32,000 bases of DNA from Candidatus Brocadia sp. (GCA_021650915.1 CP091279.1:3780001-3812000), one strand, 5' to 3'. Positions 15,691 through 25,445 are shown, numbered from the stretch's first letter. Translations and numbers: made by a program. The notes: generated by a model not told the origin, from the sequence alone.

Positions 15691-17844
15691 ATGAGCAAAG
15701 AGAAGTTGAAAATACTTCTTGTCGATGACGACGAAGACGATTATATCATAACACAAGATCTGCTCTCGGAAATACGATTGATGAAATTTGAATTGTATTG
15801 GGAAAAGACGCATGAAAATGTGCTCAAACTATTGACTAATAATCAATTTGATCTATGTCTTTTCGACTATCGTCTTGGCGCAAAAACAGGATTGGATCTT
15901 TTGCAGGAGGTAGTGAAGATCGGGTACAAGGGACCCATCATTATATTGACCGGGCAAGACGATTATGAAATTGATAAAGAGGTCATGAAGGCCGGTGCAT
16001 CAGATTATCTGGTTAAAGGGCAGATATGTGCATCTTTGCTCGAGCGTTCTATTCGTCATGCTTTAGAGCGAAAACGCACGGAGGAGGCATTGGTGGCATC
16101 CAAAGATTATGCAGAAAATCTTATTAATAGTTCGATTGACATGATCATAGCCACCAATACAGATCTCCTGATTACTGAATTTAATCCAGCCGCACAAATG
16201 GTATTTGGGTATAACAAATATGATGTGCTTTACAAACCAATTCATTTTCTTTTTGCCCATCCCGACGAATGGCAAGATATTAGCGAAAAAATTGGACAGG
16301 AAAAGGTGTTTTCCGGAGAAGTAATGAAAAAAAAGAAAACTGGAGAAACCTTTCCCTCCTACCTATCTGCATCCGTTTTAAGGGATTTGAAGGGCGAGGC
16401 GGTAGGAATTATCGGTATATCACGAGACATTACTATGCAAAAGCGCCTTGAGGCACAACTGTTATATAATGCCTTTCATGACTCATTGACCGGCCTTCCT
16501 AACAGAAAGTTGTTTATGAATCATCTGGAGAAAGTGTTAGAATCTGCACGGACGAATAAAGACTTTTTATTTGCCGTGCTTTTTCTCGACATCGATCGTT
16601 TTAAGGTCATAAACGACAGCCTTGGGCATGCAACCGGGGACAAACTACTAATTTCGATTGCAGAAAGACTCAAGGAGTGCCTTCGTCATAATGATATTGT
16701 TGCACGTTTTGGCGGAGATGAGTTTGTTATTCTCCTTAACGATATAAAAGAGAGTTCGTGCGCAAAAGTCATTGCCGAAAAAATTTTAAAAAGACTGAAG
16801 GACCCTTTTTGCCTGAATGGGCACAGTGTATTTACCGGCACAAGCATAGGGATTGTTCTGAGTGAGGAATATTACGACCGGCCGGAGGATATTCTGAGAG
16901 ATGCCGATACGGTAATGTATCGTGCAAAAATGAATGGCAGATCTAATTATGCGATGTTTGACAAAGAGATGCACGCCCATGCGGTAAAGGCGTTACAGAT
17001 GGAGGCAGACCTCCAAAGGGCAATTGTAAACAACGAATTCAAAATGTATTATCAGCCCATCGTCTCTTTAGCGGATGGTAATATCATCGGCGTTGAGTCT
17101 CTCATTCGTTGGGAACACCCACAAGATGGTTTAGTTTTTCCCGCAGAATTCATACCCCTGGCTGAAGAAACGGGCATGATCGAGCCTATCGGCAGATGGG
17201 TAATAAAAGAAGCCCTCTCTCAAAACAAGGTCTGGCATGACGCGGGATATGCGAATACGTCTCTTTCTGTAAATGTTTCAGCACGGCAATTCCGGAGTCA
17301 TGATTTACCGCAAATTATCCGGAAGATATTAGAAGAAACGGGCATGAATTCGAGGGCCTTAGATTTGGAGATCACGGAAAGTACTGTTATGGAAGACATG
17401 GATAGAAGCATAAAAACGTTGGAAGAACTGTGCGGCATGGGTATAAAAATCATTCTTGATGATTTTGGCACCGGCTTTTCCGCAATTAATAACCTGCGAT
17501 TCTTGCCCGTGAGCGGAATAAAAATAGATTTGTCTTTAATGAAAGACGTTGCGAGCAGTCCAGGCGCTGTAACGATAGCCAAGGCGATTATCAATATGGC
17601 ACATGGACTCAACAAGAAAGTAGTAGCTGAAGGTGTGGAAACGGAAGCGCAATTGGAATTTTTACGTTCCCATAATTGCGACATGGCGCAGGGCTATCTT
17701 TTCGGTATGCCCATGCCCGCAAATGAACTGATAAAGGTATTAGGGAAAAACACTATGCATTACGGGGTATTGAGTCATAAGAAATGCGGATCATCCAAGG
17801 CATCAGCCAGAAGAAAGGTTGTTAATTCATTTTCGTCATTATAG
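15691..17844 (+). CDS. Response regulator with REC-PAS-GGDEF-EAL domains (c-di-GMP turnover)
   Basis: REC (LLVDDDEDD ... FDYRLG), PAS, GGDEF (RFGGDEFVIL) and an EAL domain with an ESL variant (GVESLIRW, DDFGTGFS, EGVET). The final stop TAG 17842..17844 lies in the IS630 end. Confidence 0.9.
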   Translation: MSKEKLKILLVDDDEDDYIITQDLLSEIRLMKFELYWEKTHENVLKLLTNNQFDLCLFDYRLGAKTGLDLLQEVVKIGYKGPIIILTGQDDYEIDKEVMKAGASDYLVKGQICASLLERSIRHALERKRTEEALVASKDYAENLINSSIDMIIATNTDLLITEFNPAAQMVFGYNKYDVLYKPIHFLFAHPDEWQDISEKIGQEKVFSGEVMKKKKTGETFPSYLSASVLRDLKGEAVGIIGISRDITMQKRLEAQLLYNAFHDSLTGLPNRKLFMNHLEKVLESARTNKDFLFAVLFLDIDRFKVINDSLGHATGDKLLISIAERLKECLRHNDIVARFGGDEFVILLNDIKESSCAKVIAEKILKRLKDPFCLNGHSVFTGTSIGIVLSEEYYDRPEDILRDADTVMYRAKMNGRSNYAMFDKEMHAHAVKALQMEADLQRAIVNNEFKMYYQPIVSLADGNIIGVESLIRWEHPQDGLVFPAEFIPLAEETGMIEPIGRWVIKEALSQNKVWHDAGYANTSLSVNVSARQFRSHDLPQIIRKILEETGMNSRALDLEITESTVMEDMDRSIKTLEELCGMGIKIILDDFGTGFSAINNLRFLPVSGIKIDLSLMKDVASSPGAVTIAKAIINMAHGLNKKVVAEGVETEAQLEFLRSHNCDMAQGYLFGMPMPANELIKVLGKNTMHYGVLSHKKCGSSKASARRKVVNSFSSL

Positions 17845-18935
17845 TTCGTTGCATTGATTATGTTAAATAATTCTCAAAGAATTTCTTGGTCAATTCAGGG
17901 TTCTTCTGTATTTTTCTAAGCGCTCCAATGACTAAACGTCCAAGTTGTTTTTTGTTCTGTGCCTGGTGATTCTTTAGCGTGACATGCTTCATATGCCGCC
18001 AAACTTTTTCATCCGGATTCAGATCCGGTGAATACGGCGGCAGATGGAATACGCGTAGCTTCGATGACCCCTCATTCAATGCTTTAATTCTTTTGGCAAC
18101 ATGGCAAGGCGCTTGGTCCATGATCACCGCCACCTTACGCCGCGGATGTTGCACGCTAATTTGATTCAGAAATTCCATAAGAACCTGGGCGTTAACTTTT
18201 CGTTTCTCCAGACGGAAACACATCCTGCCAGATGGCGAAATCGCCGACATGGCCAAAACGCCGCCCCGTTTCCCGGTCACACGCACAACGGGGGTTTCTC
18301 CTATCGGAGCCCGTGTTTTTCCAATAACAGGCGCAAGGGAAACGCCCGACTCATCCTCAAAATAGATAATAGCCCGGTTTTTCTGAGCCCACTTCTGAAT
18401 TTCAGGCCACTCCTTGCTAATCCATGTCTTTACCAAATCCATGTCTTGCTGTGAATAACGTTTTTCCGGCTTTTGAAAACTCAAACCCAACCGAACCAGA
18501 TATCGTCATATTGTGCTGCGATCCAAATTCACTTTTCCTTCTCGCCGGAAAAGAATTCTAACATATGTTCCGGTCCACAGCGGAGTCGAAAAACCATATT
18601 TTGTCGCGACATTCTGCAAAACACTTTGCAACCATCTTAAATCATCCGCATTTACAATTCGCGTCTTGCCCTTTGCTTTGCGTTCCTTAAGCGCCTCTAT
18701 ACCACCACGACGGTATTGAGAGAACCACCTTGAGACACTTTCATACTTAATGCCAAATATCTCGCCTATTTCTTTAACGGAATAATGCATCTTATCCCTG
18801 AGCGTGATCGCCCGGATTCGATAAGACTCCAATACCTCCCTTGACAGCTTCCTTCCGTCATCTTTCATGCTCCTATTTTACAACATTTTATCTAGCAATG
18901 AAACTAATTATTAACTTAATTAATGCAACAATCTA
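17842..18935 (-). mobile_element. IS630-family insertion sequence, ~1094 bp, with TA target duplication
   Basis: Imperfect ~30-bp IRs: TAGTTCGTTGCATTGATTATGTTAAATAATT at 17842 against the reverse complement of 18905..18935, TAGATTGTTGCATTAATTAAGTTAATAATT. TA lies at 17840..17841 and 18936..18937. Confidence 0.85.
17858..18868 (-). pseudogene. IS630-family transposase interrupted by one in-frame TGA
   Basis: Track ORFs 18868..18506 and 18490..17858 are in the same frame (offset 378 nt). The read-through sequence is ...VNLDRSTI*RYLVRLGLSFQKPEKR. DDE-region motifs (IYFEDESG, VIMDQAPCH, SPDLNPDEKVW) are intact. Confidence 0.75.
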
Positions 18936-18964
18936 TATCTTCTACCACAGCACGATTATAGCCC

Positions 18965-20176
18965 TTAAACCCGTGTTGCTATTGGCGGTTTATTGAAGAC
19001 CCATTCACGCATCAGTATCTCTTGTTTCACCAGATTGAAGATTTCTTGTAATTGTGCTTCATCGGGGACGTACTGAACCTTTATGCTTTTCATCATCTCA
19101 AAACCGCAGTCCTTTAATATGTCTTCCACATGGGTAACTGCCTGACCTCCCCAACCATACGAACCAAAGGCCAGCCCGATTCTGTTTTTTGGAGACAAAC
19201 CTTTTAAGTAGGTCAGAAAACCCGCTACGGTCGGCAACATATTGCTGTTTAAGGTAGGCGAGCCAACACAAATAAATCTGGTGGTCAATACGTCAGCAAC
19301 AATATCCGAAATATGACTATGCCTGAGACTTGCCATTTTTACGGGAATCCCATGAGATTCAAATACTTCCTGTAAAATACCGGCAATTTTCTCTGTAGAC
19401 TTCCACATGGTATCATAAATTATCAGGCATTTATTCTCAACCTGATTGGAAGCCCATTTTTTATATTCTTCTACAATGGTCTTTACATGCGAACGCCAGA
19501 CAATCCCATGGCTTGGAGCAATCATGTCAATCTTTAATGGGGTAACGGCATCCATGGCCTTTTGTACCTGGCTCGAATAAGGCAAAACAATATTTGCGTA
19601 ATATTTTTCAGCCTCATCAATAACGATACCAAGAGGATATTCATCGTCAAATCTTTCAGACGATGCAATATGCTGCCCAAAAGCATCGTTTGAAAAAAGA
19701 ATTCCGTCTTCAGTCAGATAACTCACCATGTTGTCCGGCCAGTGTACCAGCGGAGTAAGAACAAATTTGATATTTTTCTTACCAAGAGAGATGGTTTCAT
19801 CAGACTTGACAATTTTAAAATTCCAGTCATTCCTCTTGTAGTGAGCCAGCAATCCTTTCTGCCCAAGTGGCGAGGTAATAAGGGTGGCATTTTTTGCGGT
19901 TTTTGTAAGAAGCGGGAAACTACCTGAATGGTCCATCTCTACGTGGTTTGAAATAATGTAATGAATGTCTGCTGGATCGATGAGAGACGACAGCCTCTTT
20001 ATCATTTTGTCATAGAGATAGGGCCTTACACCGTCAATTAAGGTAATTTTTTCATCAAGGATCAGATACGAATTATAGGTTGATCCCCGTTGAGTTGCAT
20101 ATCCATGGAAATTTCTTAATTCCCAGTCAACCTCTCCAACCCAATAAACGCCTTCTTTTAGTTTAATTGGATTCAT
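18965..20176 (-). CDS. Flavodiiron protein (metallo-beta-lactamase-like + flavodoxin domains; O2/NO reductase type)
   Basis: Diiron motif HVEMDH, N-terminus IKLKEGVYWVG..RNFHGY...GSTYNSYLI and a C-terminal flavodoxin-like half. ATG 20176 has SD GGGAGGAAG. The track start at 20254 is rejected. Confidence 0.85.
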   Translation of the reverse strand: MNPIKLKEGVYWVGEVDWELRNFHGYATQRGSTYNSYLILDEKITLIDGVRPYLYDKMIKRLSSLIDPADIHYIISNHVEMDHSGSFPLLTKTAKNATLITSPLGQKGLLAHYKRNDWNFKIVKSDETISLGKKNIKFVLTPLVHWPDNMVSYLTEDGILFSNDAFGQHIASSERFDDEYPLGIVIDEAEKYYANIVLPYSSQVQKAMDAVTPLKIDMIAPSHGIVWRSHVKTIVEEYKKWASNQVENKCLIIYDTMWKSTEKIAGILQEVFESHGIPVKMASLRHSHISDIVADVLTTRFICVGSPTLNSNMLPTVAGFLTYLKGLSPKNRIGLAFGSYGWGGQAVTHVEDILKDCGFEMMKSIKVQYVPDEAQLQEIFNLVKQEILMREWVFNKPPIATRV

Positions 20177-20307
20177 ACGTCTTCCTCCCTTAACATAAAA
20201 GCCACAAATGCCGCGTATAGTATCTTTACCCGCAGGCATTCCATAAGCGATCACCTATGAAGTTAAATATTAGCAAATCATGGTATGAATAGGAAACAAA
20301 ATAAAGG

Positions 20308-20328
20308 TGAAAGCGCTCTATGCTTTCA
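20308..20328 (-). terminator. Candidate intrinsic terminator downstream of ispD
   Basis: On the minus strand, TGAAAGC-atagagc-GCTTTCA is followed by CCTTTATTTTGTTT. Confidence 0.35.
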
Positions 20329-20378
20329 TTTGGACAATTTTTTTTCTGTGGATTTTGCTGTCTGCAAGACATCACCCT

Positions 20379-21065
20379 CTATCCATTGGTAAGTAATGCC
20401 TCTGCAATACGTATATCTTCAGGGGTGGTAATTTTAATATTGTCATCTGTGCCGGGGACAATCTCTACCCGGTAACCTGCCTTTTCTACCATTTCCGCAT
20501 CATCCGTAAATTCCCTCTCTTCGGTTTTAAATTGACCGAAGACTTTTAGAATAAGTTCTCTGTTAAATCCCTGAGGGGTTTGTGCCATCCACAGATTATT
20601 CCTTGGGATAGTTTGCCGGATGCATAAATTACCTGATGCTTCTTTGACCGTGGCCTTCATGGGTGCAGCAAGGATTGCGGCGTGAGATTCTTTTGCCTTG
20701 CTTATCACGGTCTCGATATGCTCTTTTCTTACGAGTGGTCTTACAATGTCATGAATCAGTACGACTTCGGCGTCAGTTTCAGTCTGGCAGAGTCCGTTAT
20801 ACACGCTATCCTGCCGTCTTTTCCCGCCAGGAACAATTTTCTTAACTTTATGAGCAATCAGGGTATTTTGCCATTGATCGCGAAGAGACGGGATTTCAGT
20901 TTGGCCAACGACGAGGATGATTTCGCCAACTGTTTCGATTTGAGAAAAGCGTTCAATCGTATAAAGAAAGATGGGTTTACCCCGTATTTGCAGGAAGGGT
21001 TTTTTAACGGATCCGCCCATACGTAATCCAAGTCCTGCTCCGACTAATACAACGGATACGTTCAT
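20379..21065 (-). CDS. ispD: 2-C-methyl-D-erythritol 4-phosphate cytidylyltransferase
   Basis: VVLVGAGLGLRMGGSVKKPFLQIRGKPI..., VLIHDIVRPLV and a length of 228 aa. Confidence 0.9.
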   Translation of the reverse strand: MNVSVVLVGAGLGLRMGGSVKKPFLQIRGKPIFLYTIERFSQIETVGEIILVVGQTEIPSLRDQWQNTLIAHKVKKIVPGGKRRQDSVYNGLCQTETDAEVVLIHDIVRPLVRKEHIETVISKAKESHAAILAAPMKATVKEASGNLCIRQTIPRNNLWMAQTPQGFNRELILKVFGQFKTEEREFTDDAEMVEKAGYRVEIVPGTDDNIKITTPEDIRIAEALLTNG

Positions 21066-21151
21066 GTTACATCCGCGAGTAATTCATTAAAAAAAGCAAA
21101 GTGCTCGAAATTTCCATAACCTTTGGCTTATGCCCCGTGTGTTGAATCGTG

Positions 21152-22306
21152 CTAAACCCTTTCATAGGGATAAAAGAGCTTTTTGTATTCATCCTGGGCG
21201 AAACGGTCTGTCATTCCGGCAATATAGTCACACACTGCCTGATAAAGACCGGCTTCTTCTATCCATTTTTGATATTCAACGGGAAGTTGTTTGGGATTTT
21301 TAATAAATGCAATAAAGAGTTCTTCCAGAAATCGCTTTGCTTTATCAGCCATCCGGGCTACCCGGTAATGCTGATAAACATGTTTAAAAAGAAATTCCTG
21401 AAGTTTTTTTTTCTGCTCGGACAGGAGGGGGGAAAAAGACACAATCAGACCGGGATACGCTCTAACATCCCGGATCGTATCGATACCCTCTTGTTTAATC
21501 CTGAACATCGTGTGTTCAATGAGATCGGTGACTTCAAGATTAATGAGCGTCTTGATCGTTTGAGCAATAACGATATTGCGATCGCAAATTGCATATTTTT
21601 GTTTCACTTTTTTCTGTGTCTCCCGCCACAAATCAACCACCTGCAGATCATCGTCCGTGATAATACCCGCCTTCAGGCTATCATCCAGATCGTGGTTGTC
21701 GTAAGCAATGGAGTCTGCTTTATCCACGATTTGCGCCTCCAGCAGTGGCTGCTCGTTGACACGATACTCGGTTGCGACTGAGACATTATTGTAAGGAGAC
21801 TTATGTTTGACTATGGATTCCTTGAGTTCCCATGACAAATTCAGCCCGGGGAAATCGGGATATTTACGCTCAAGGATATCAACAACTCGCAGCCCGTGGA
21901 GATTGTGCTCAAACCCCCCGTGCCCTTCCATGAGTTTTTTTAAAGCGTCCTCGCCTGAATGTCCAAAGGGTGTGTGTCCTAAATCATGGGCAAGGGAAAT
22001 GGCTTCCGCAATATCCTCGTTCAGATTCAATACCCGCGCAATGCTTCGTGCGATCTGCGAAACTTCCATGGTATGGGTCAATCGGGTACGGTAATAATCC
22101 CCTTCATGATTCACAAATACCTGGGTCTTGTATTCAAGTCTCCGAAAGGCCGTGGAGTGAATGATGCGGTCCCGGTCTCTCTGATAAACACTGCGGTACG
22201 GATGCTCCTCTTCGGGATACTTCCTGCCGCGTGAATCTTTGCTTTTCATAGCGTAAGGGGCAAGCTCCCGGTCTTCTCTCAACTCTATTTCTTTACGAGT
22301 CAGCAT
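21152..22306 (-). CDS. dGTPase-like HD-domain triphosphohydrolase
   Basis: YRSVYQRDRDRIIHSTAFRRLEYKTQVF, an HD motif SLAHDLGHTPFGHSGE and C-terminal DYIAGMTDRFA. Confidence 0.85.
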   Translation of the reverse strand: MLTRKEIELREDRELAPYAMKSKDSRGRKYPEEEHPYRSVYQRDRDRIIHSTAFRRLEYKTQVFVNHEGDYYRTRLTHTMEVSQIARSIARVLNLNEDIAEAISLAHDLGHTPFGHSGEDALKKLMEGHGGFEHNLHGLRVVDILERKYPDFPGLNLSWELKESIVKHKSPYNNVSVATEYRVNEQPLLEAQIVDKADSIAYDNHDLDDSLKAGIITDDDLQVVDLWRETQKKVKQKYAICDRNIVIAQTIKTLINLEVTDLIEHTMFRIKQEGIDTIRDVRAYPGLIVSFSPLLSEQKKKLQEFLFKHVYQHYRVARMADKAKRFLEELFIAFIKNPKQLPVEYQKWIEEAGLYQAVCDYIAGMTDRFAQDEYKKLFYPYERV

Positions 22307-22318
22307 GTTGATAGACTG

Positions 22319-22801
22319 CTACACGTGTTTTTTGAATTCCTGATAGAGATCTTCCAGGGATTGCGGAATCACCTTTACCTCTGAAATGACGGGCATAAAG
22401 TTCGTGTCACCATTCCAGCGCGGCACGACATGGAGATGGAAATGACCGACAAGCCCTGCACCGGCGGGTTTTCCTAAATTCACGCCAAGGTTAAAACCCT
22501 CCGGCTTCATCATGGTTGCCAGAAGTTCCTTCATGTCTCGCGTCAGTTTCATAATTTCCAGCATCTCGTGATCAGTAAGGTCTGAAATATCAGGCTTGTG
22601 TTTGTTGGGCGCAATCATGAGATGGCCGCTGTTATAAGGGTATTTGTTAAGGATACAAAAACACTCTTTCCTTCGAACCACGAGGAGATGTTTTTCATCC
22701 TGATTATCCAGAAAAGCGTTGCAGAGGAAACAGCCATTATCTTTCGGATGTTCCTGAATATAGGCAATACGCCAAGGCGCCCAGAGATTTTTCATCGACA
22801 A
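22319..22801 (-). CDS. HIT-family nucleotide hydrolase/transferase
   Basis: Histidine triad GHFHLHVVPR and N-terminal LWAPWRIAY. Confidence 0.85.
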   Translation of the reverse strand: MSMKNLWAPWRIAYIQEHPKDNGCFLCNAFLDNQDEKHLLVVRRKECFCILNKYPYNSGHLMIAPNKHKPDISDLTDHEMLEIMKLTRDMKELLATMMKPEGFNLGVNLGKPAGAGLVGHFHLHVVPRWNGDTNFMPVISEVKVIPQSLEDLYQEFKKHV

Positions 22802-22848
22802 TTACTCATTCGTATTTAAAAAAGAGAAAGTCTGCAAGGGGGAGTGTA

Positions 22849-23082
22849 TTATGAACCACACCCGGTACATGAAGAAGCGGTGCAACTTCCGCAACCGCCG
22901 GAACCACTGCCGGAAGCGGCGTCTCCACCGCCTTTCACCGACATTCCAAACACAGAAAATATCTTTTGGACATTTTCACTCTGGCAGGACGGACAAAACA
23001 ACTTTTTCCGTTCTGAAGCACTCCGAAAATATTCGTCAAATTTCGTATTGCACTGGCTGCATTGAAAATCATATATTGGCAT
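22849..23082 (-). CDS. FmdB-family zinc-ribbon protein
   Basis: MPIYDFQCSQCNTKFD...FCPSCQSENVQKIFS with a Gly/Ser/Cys-rich tail. ATG 23082 has GGAG 8 nt upstream. Confidence 0.8.
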   Translation of the reverse strand: MPIYDFQCSQCNTKFDEYFRSASERKKLFCPSCQSENVQKIFSVFGMSVKGGGDAASGSGSGGCGSCTASSCTGCGS

Positions 23083-23288
23083 GGCGAACACTCCGGCACC
23101 GATAAAACTTCATCGGTTTCCCAAATAAAACTGAGGAAAATGTAACGCACTGAAAGATAATACGGATTGTTAGCGGGGCATCGTCCATTTCCACGGTGCC
23201 TATTTTGTGGGTCATAATTGATGCTCCTGACAATCTGATTCTCCTTATTTCCCAGGAATTATCTCACGACGTTGTTGTCTTCTGAGCG

Positions 23289-24074
23289 TCATGGTAAATA
23301 ATTTTTGGGATTCACCGGTTTATCTTTTACGTAAATTTTAAAAGTAATCCCTTGTGATTTATCAGCATTCGCTGAATCAACATCTGCAATCGGCTGTCCG
23401 CGCTCCACGTAACTGCCTTCTCCCACTGCCGGGCAGCCACAAGATTCATAGATAGTGCGTATTCCATCATCATGTTTAATCACAATAACTGACATGCCGT
23501 CTCCTGCATTAGAAATTGCCTCGACGGTGCCCTTCTTTGCGGCAACAACTTTTTGTCCTGCCTCAGGCAATATATGGATACCGGAACTTTTAGCTCCATT
23601 TCTCACTTCGCCGAATGGTGACACGATGCGCCCTTTTACGGGCCATATAAAACCCCGGGACGACACACTGCCCGCAGTGTCTTTTATGGACACATAGCTT
23701 GAGCGGGAGGACAATGGAGATGATGTCTGCGATTTCCCGGAAACGGGGATAATAAGCTTCTGACCCACCTTCAGGTCTTTTGTATTCGTGGCATGGTTCG
23801 CCCCGCGAATTGCGTTCACAGATACCCCGTAATTTTTTGATATGCGCCATAGGGTATCCCCTTTCTTTACCACATAATATGTCGCCTTCTCGCTTTGAAT
23901 CGGCGGTTGATACGTTTTTCTGGATTGCTGGTCTTCAAGGGACTTCATTTCACTCTTCAAAGGCGCTGGTGTCTCTGTCTTCTTCGGTTGCACGGCACAA
24001 CCACCTCCGGAGATCAAGAGGAAAATAACAGAGCTGGCTTTTATCATAAAATGTATTGGAAAATTCTTTTTCAT
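23289..24074 (-). CDS. LysM + LytM(M23)-domain lipoprotein, NlpD-like, with a degenerate catalytic site
   Basis: Lipobox LISGGGC, LysM (YYVVKKGDTLWRISKNYGVSVNAI...GQKLIIP) and an M23 fold (GIHILPEAGQKVVAAKKGTV...VIKHDDGIRTIYES). The HxxxD and HxH metal motifs are missing. Confidence 0.8.
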   Translation of the reverse strand: MKKNFPIHFMIKASSVIFLLISGGGCAVQPKKTETPAPLKSEMKSLEDQQSRKTYQPPIQSEKATYYVVKKGDTLWRISKNYGVSVNAIRGANHATNTKDLKVGQKLIIPVSGKSQTSSPLSSRSSYVSIKDTAGSVSSRGFIWPVKGRIVSPFGEVRNGAKSSGIHILPEAGQKVVAAKKGTVEAISNAGDGMSVIVIKHDDGIRTIYESCGCPAVGEGSYVERGQPIADVDSANADKSQGITFKIYVKDKPVNPKNYLP

Positions 24075-24312
24075 ACCACTCTGGGATGATGCTCCTCTGA
24101 TAAACCTGATCAGTATTCTCCGCGATTGACTGCAATTTTATCAGCACCTATGAGCAAATTCAAGCGAGAATCGTTCAAGGCTTGCGCCAACATCTTTGCT
24201 CTCTGTTTTTCGGGAGATTGTTTTACTGTCTGGAAGTATCCTGTTGGTTTTGTATTCTTTGCCGGTACTTCGCCAGTAAAGACAAGGGCTTTCATGACAA
24301 TCAGTGAGTCTT

Positions 24313-24350
24313 CATAAAACGAAAAAGGCAACTCACCGGAGTTGCCTTTT
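24313..24350 (-). terminator. Intrinsic terminator after peptide gene copy 2
   Basis: 12-bp stem AAAAGGCAACTC / GAGTTGCCTTTT (24323..24350), followed on the minus strand by TCGTTTTAT. Confidence 0.7.
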
Positions 24351-24398
24351 CGCATATCTTTTCACACCTTGCCAAATAGTTACATCTGGCTTACTGCA

Positions 24399-24575
24399 TT
24401 AGTGTTTGTGATGGCATTCACACTTGCAATCTTTGCCCTCTTTTGCGGTGTGTCCGCATTTGTCGCACTTTGCTTCGCTTGCGATAACCGTGCCAACCAA
24501 TGCTGAACTTGCTGCGCCAACACCAACTACCAATGCACCAACAACCAACAGGCTATAACCAAACTTCTTCAACAT
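24399..24575 (-). CDS. 58-aa membrane-anchored/secreted Cys/His-rich peptide, copy 2
   Basis: MLKKFGYSLLVVGALVVGVGAASSALVGTVIASEAKCDKCGHTAKEGKDCKCECHHKH. SD AAGGAGGAGGAGGAA lies directly before the ATG, and a terminator follows 48 nt downstream. Confidence 0.65.
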   Translation of the reverse strand: MLKKFGYSLLVVGALVVGVGAASSALVGTVIASEAKCDKCGHTAKEGKDCKCECHHKH

Positions 24576-24763
24576 TTCCTCCTCCTCCTTAAGATAGAGA
24601 AACTTGAGACAAGCCATTGAGAACACTCTCAAAATATTCGGTTTGCCTCTTCGTAATATAATATGTTACATACCCGACATAATTGCAATAAAATTATTAC
24701 TCTCTCCTTGAAAATGATGTATGTTTTTGCATACACCCACAAACTATTTAACAGCGATGCCAT

Positions 24764-24828
24764 TCACACATTAAGCTCAACAAAATCAACATGTTGCCCG
24801 TCGTAGACGTCTAATCCTTTTTCCCCTG
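24764..24828 (-). pseudogene. Dead copy of the last ~65 nt of the DUF362 gene created by the tandem duplication
   Basis: Encodes ...LDVYDGQHVDFVELNV*, compared with ...LGVYDRQNIDFIELSV* at the 3' end of 25446..26510. Homology ends abruptly at the duplication junction 24828/24829. Confidence 0.8.
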
Positions 24829-24995
24829 ACCTATGAGCAAATTCAAGTGAGAATCGTTCAAAGCTTGCGCCAACACCCTTGCTCTCTGTTTTTTGGGGGA
24901 TTGCTTTGCTGCCCGGAAATCTCCTGTTGGTTTTGTATTTTTTGCCAGTACTTCGCAAATGAAGACAAGGGCTTTCATAGCAATCAGTGAGTCTT

Positions 24996-25033
24996 CATAA
25001 AACGAAAAAGGCAACTCGCCTGAGTTGCCTTTT
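24996..25033 (-). terminator. Intrinsic terminator after peptide gene copy 1
   Basis: Stem AAAGGCAACTC / GAGTTGCCTTT (25007..25032), followed on the minus strand by TTCGTTTTAT. Confidence 0.7.
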
Positions 25034-25082
25034 CGCATATTTTTTTCACACCGTGCCAAATAGTTACATCTGGCTTACTGCA

Positions 25083-25259
25083 TTAGTGTTTGTGATGGCA
25101 TTCACACTTGCAATCTTTGCCCTCTGTTGCGGTGTGTCCGCATTTGTCGCACTTTGCTTCATTTGCGATAACCGTGCCAACCAATGCTGAACTTACTGCA
25201 CCAACACCAACTACCAACGCACCAACAACCAACAGACTATAACCAAACTTCTTCAACAT
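25083..25259 (-). CDS. 58-aa membrane-anchored/secreted Cys/His-rich peptide, copy 1
   Basis: MLKKFGYSLLVVGALVVGVGAVSSALVGTVIANEAKCDKCGHTATEGKDCKCECHHKH. SD AAGGAGGAGAAGGAA precedes the ATG and a terminator follows. Confidence 0.65.
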   Translation of the reverse strand: MLKKFGYSLLVVGALVVGVGAVSSALVGTVIANEAKCDKCGHTATEGKDCKCECHHKH

Positions 25260-25445
25260 TTCCTTCTCCTCCTTAAGATAGAGAACCTGAGGCAAGCCAT
25301 TGAGAACACTCTCAAGATATTCGGTTTGCCTCTTCGTAGTATAACATGTTCCATACCCGGTATAATTGCAACAAAATTATTAATCCCTCGTTGAAAATGA
25401 TAGATGTTTTGCATACGCTCACAAACGATTTAGCAACGATGCCAT

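Noticed and set aside
18506-18508. The TGA in the IS630 transposase read as selenocysteine or another recoding signal
   Set aside because: No SECIS-like hairpin is apparent immediately downstream. The position corresponds to a Trp-type residue, so TGG to TGA is a one-step mutation.
21149-21781. 210-aa plus-strand ORF
   Set aside because: It is antisense to the well-supported dGTPase-like gene. It is rich in F, L and I, as expected from the shadow frame of an AT-rich gene.
24110-25059. 81-aa and 82-aa ORFs (MRKGNSGELPFSFYEDSLI.MKALVF...) downstream of each peptide gene
   Set aside because: Their N-termini are encoded by the terminator hairpins, and no SD precedes either possible ATG. The upstream copy runs across the duplication junction into the dead DUF362 fragment. 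The two copies differ by many non-conservative substitutions.
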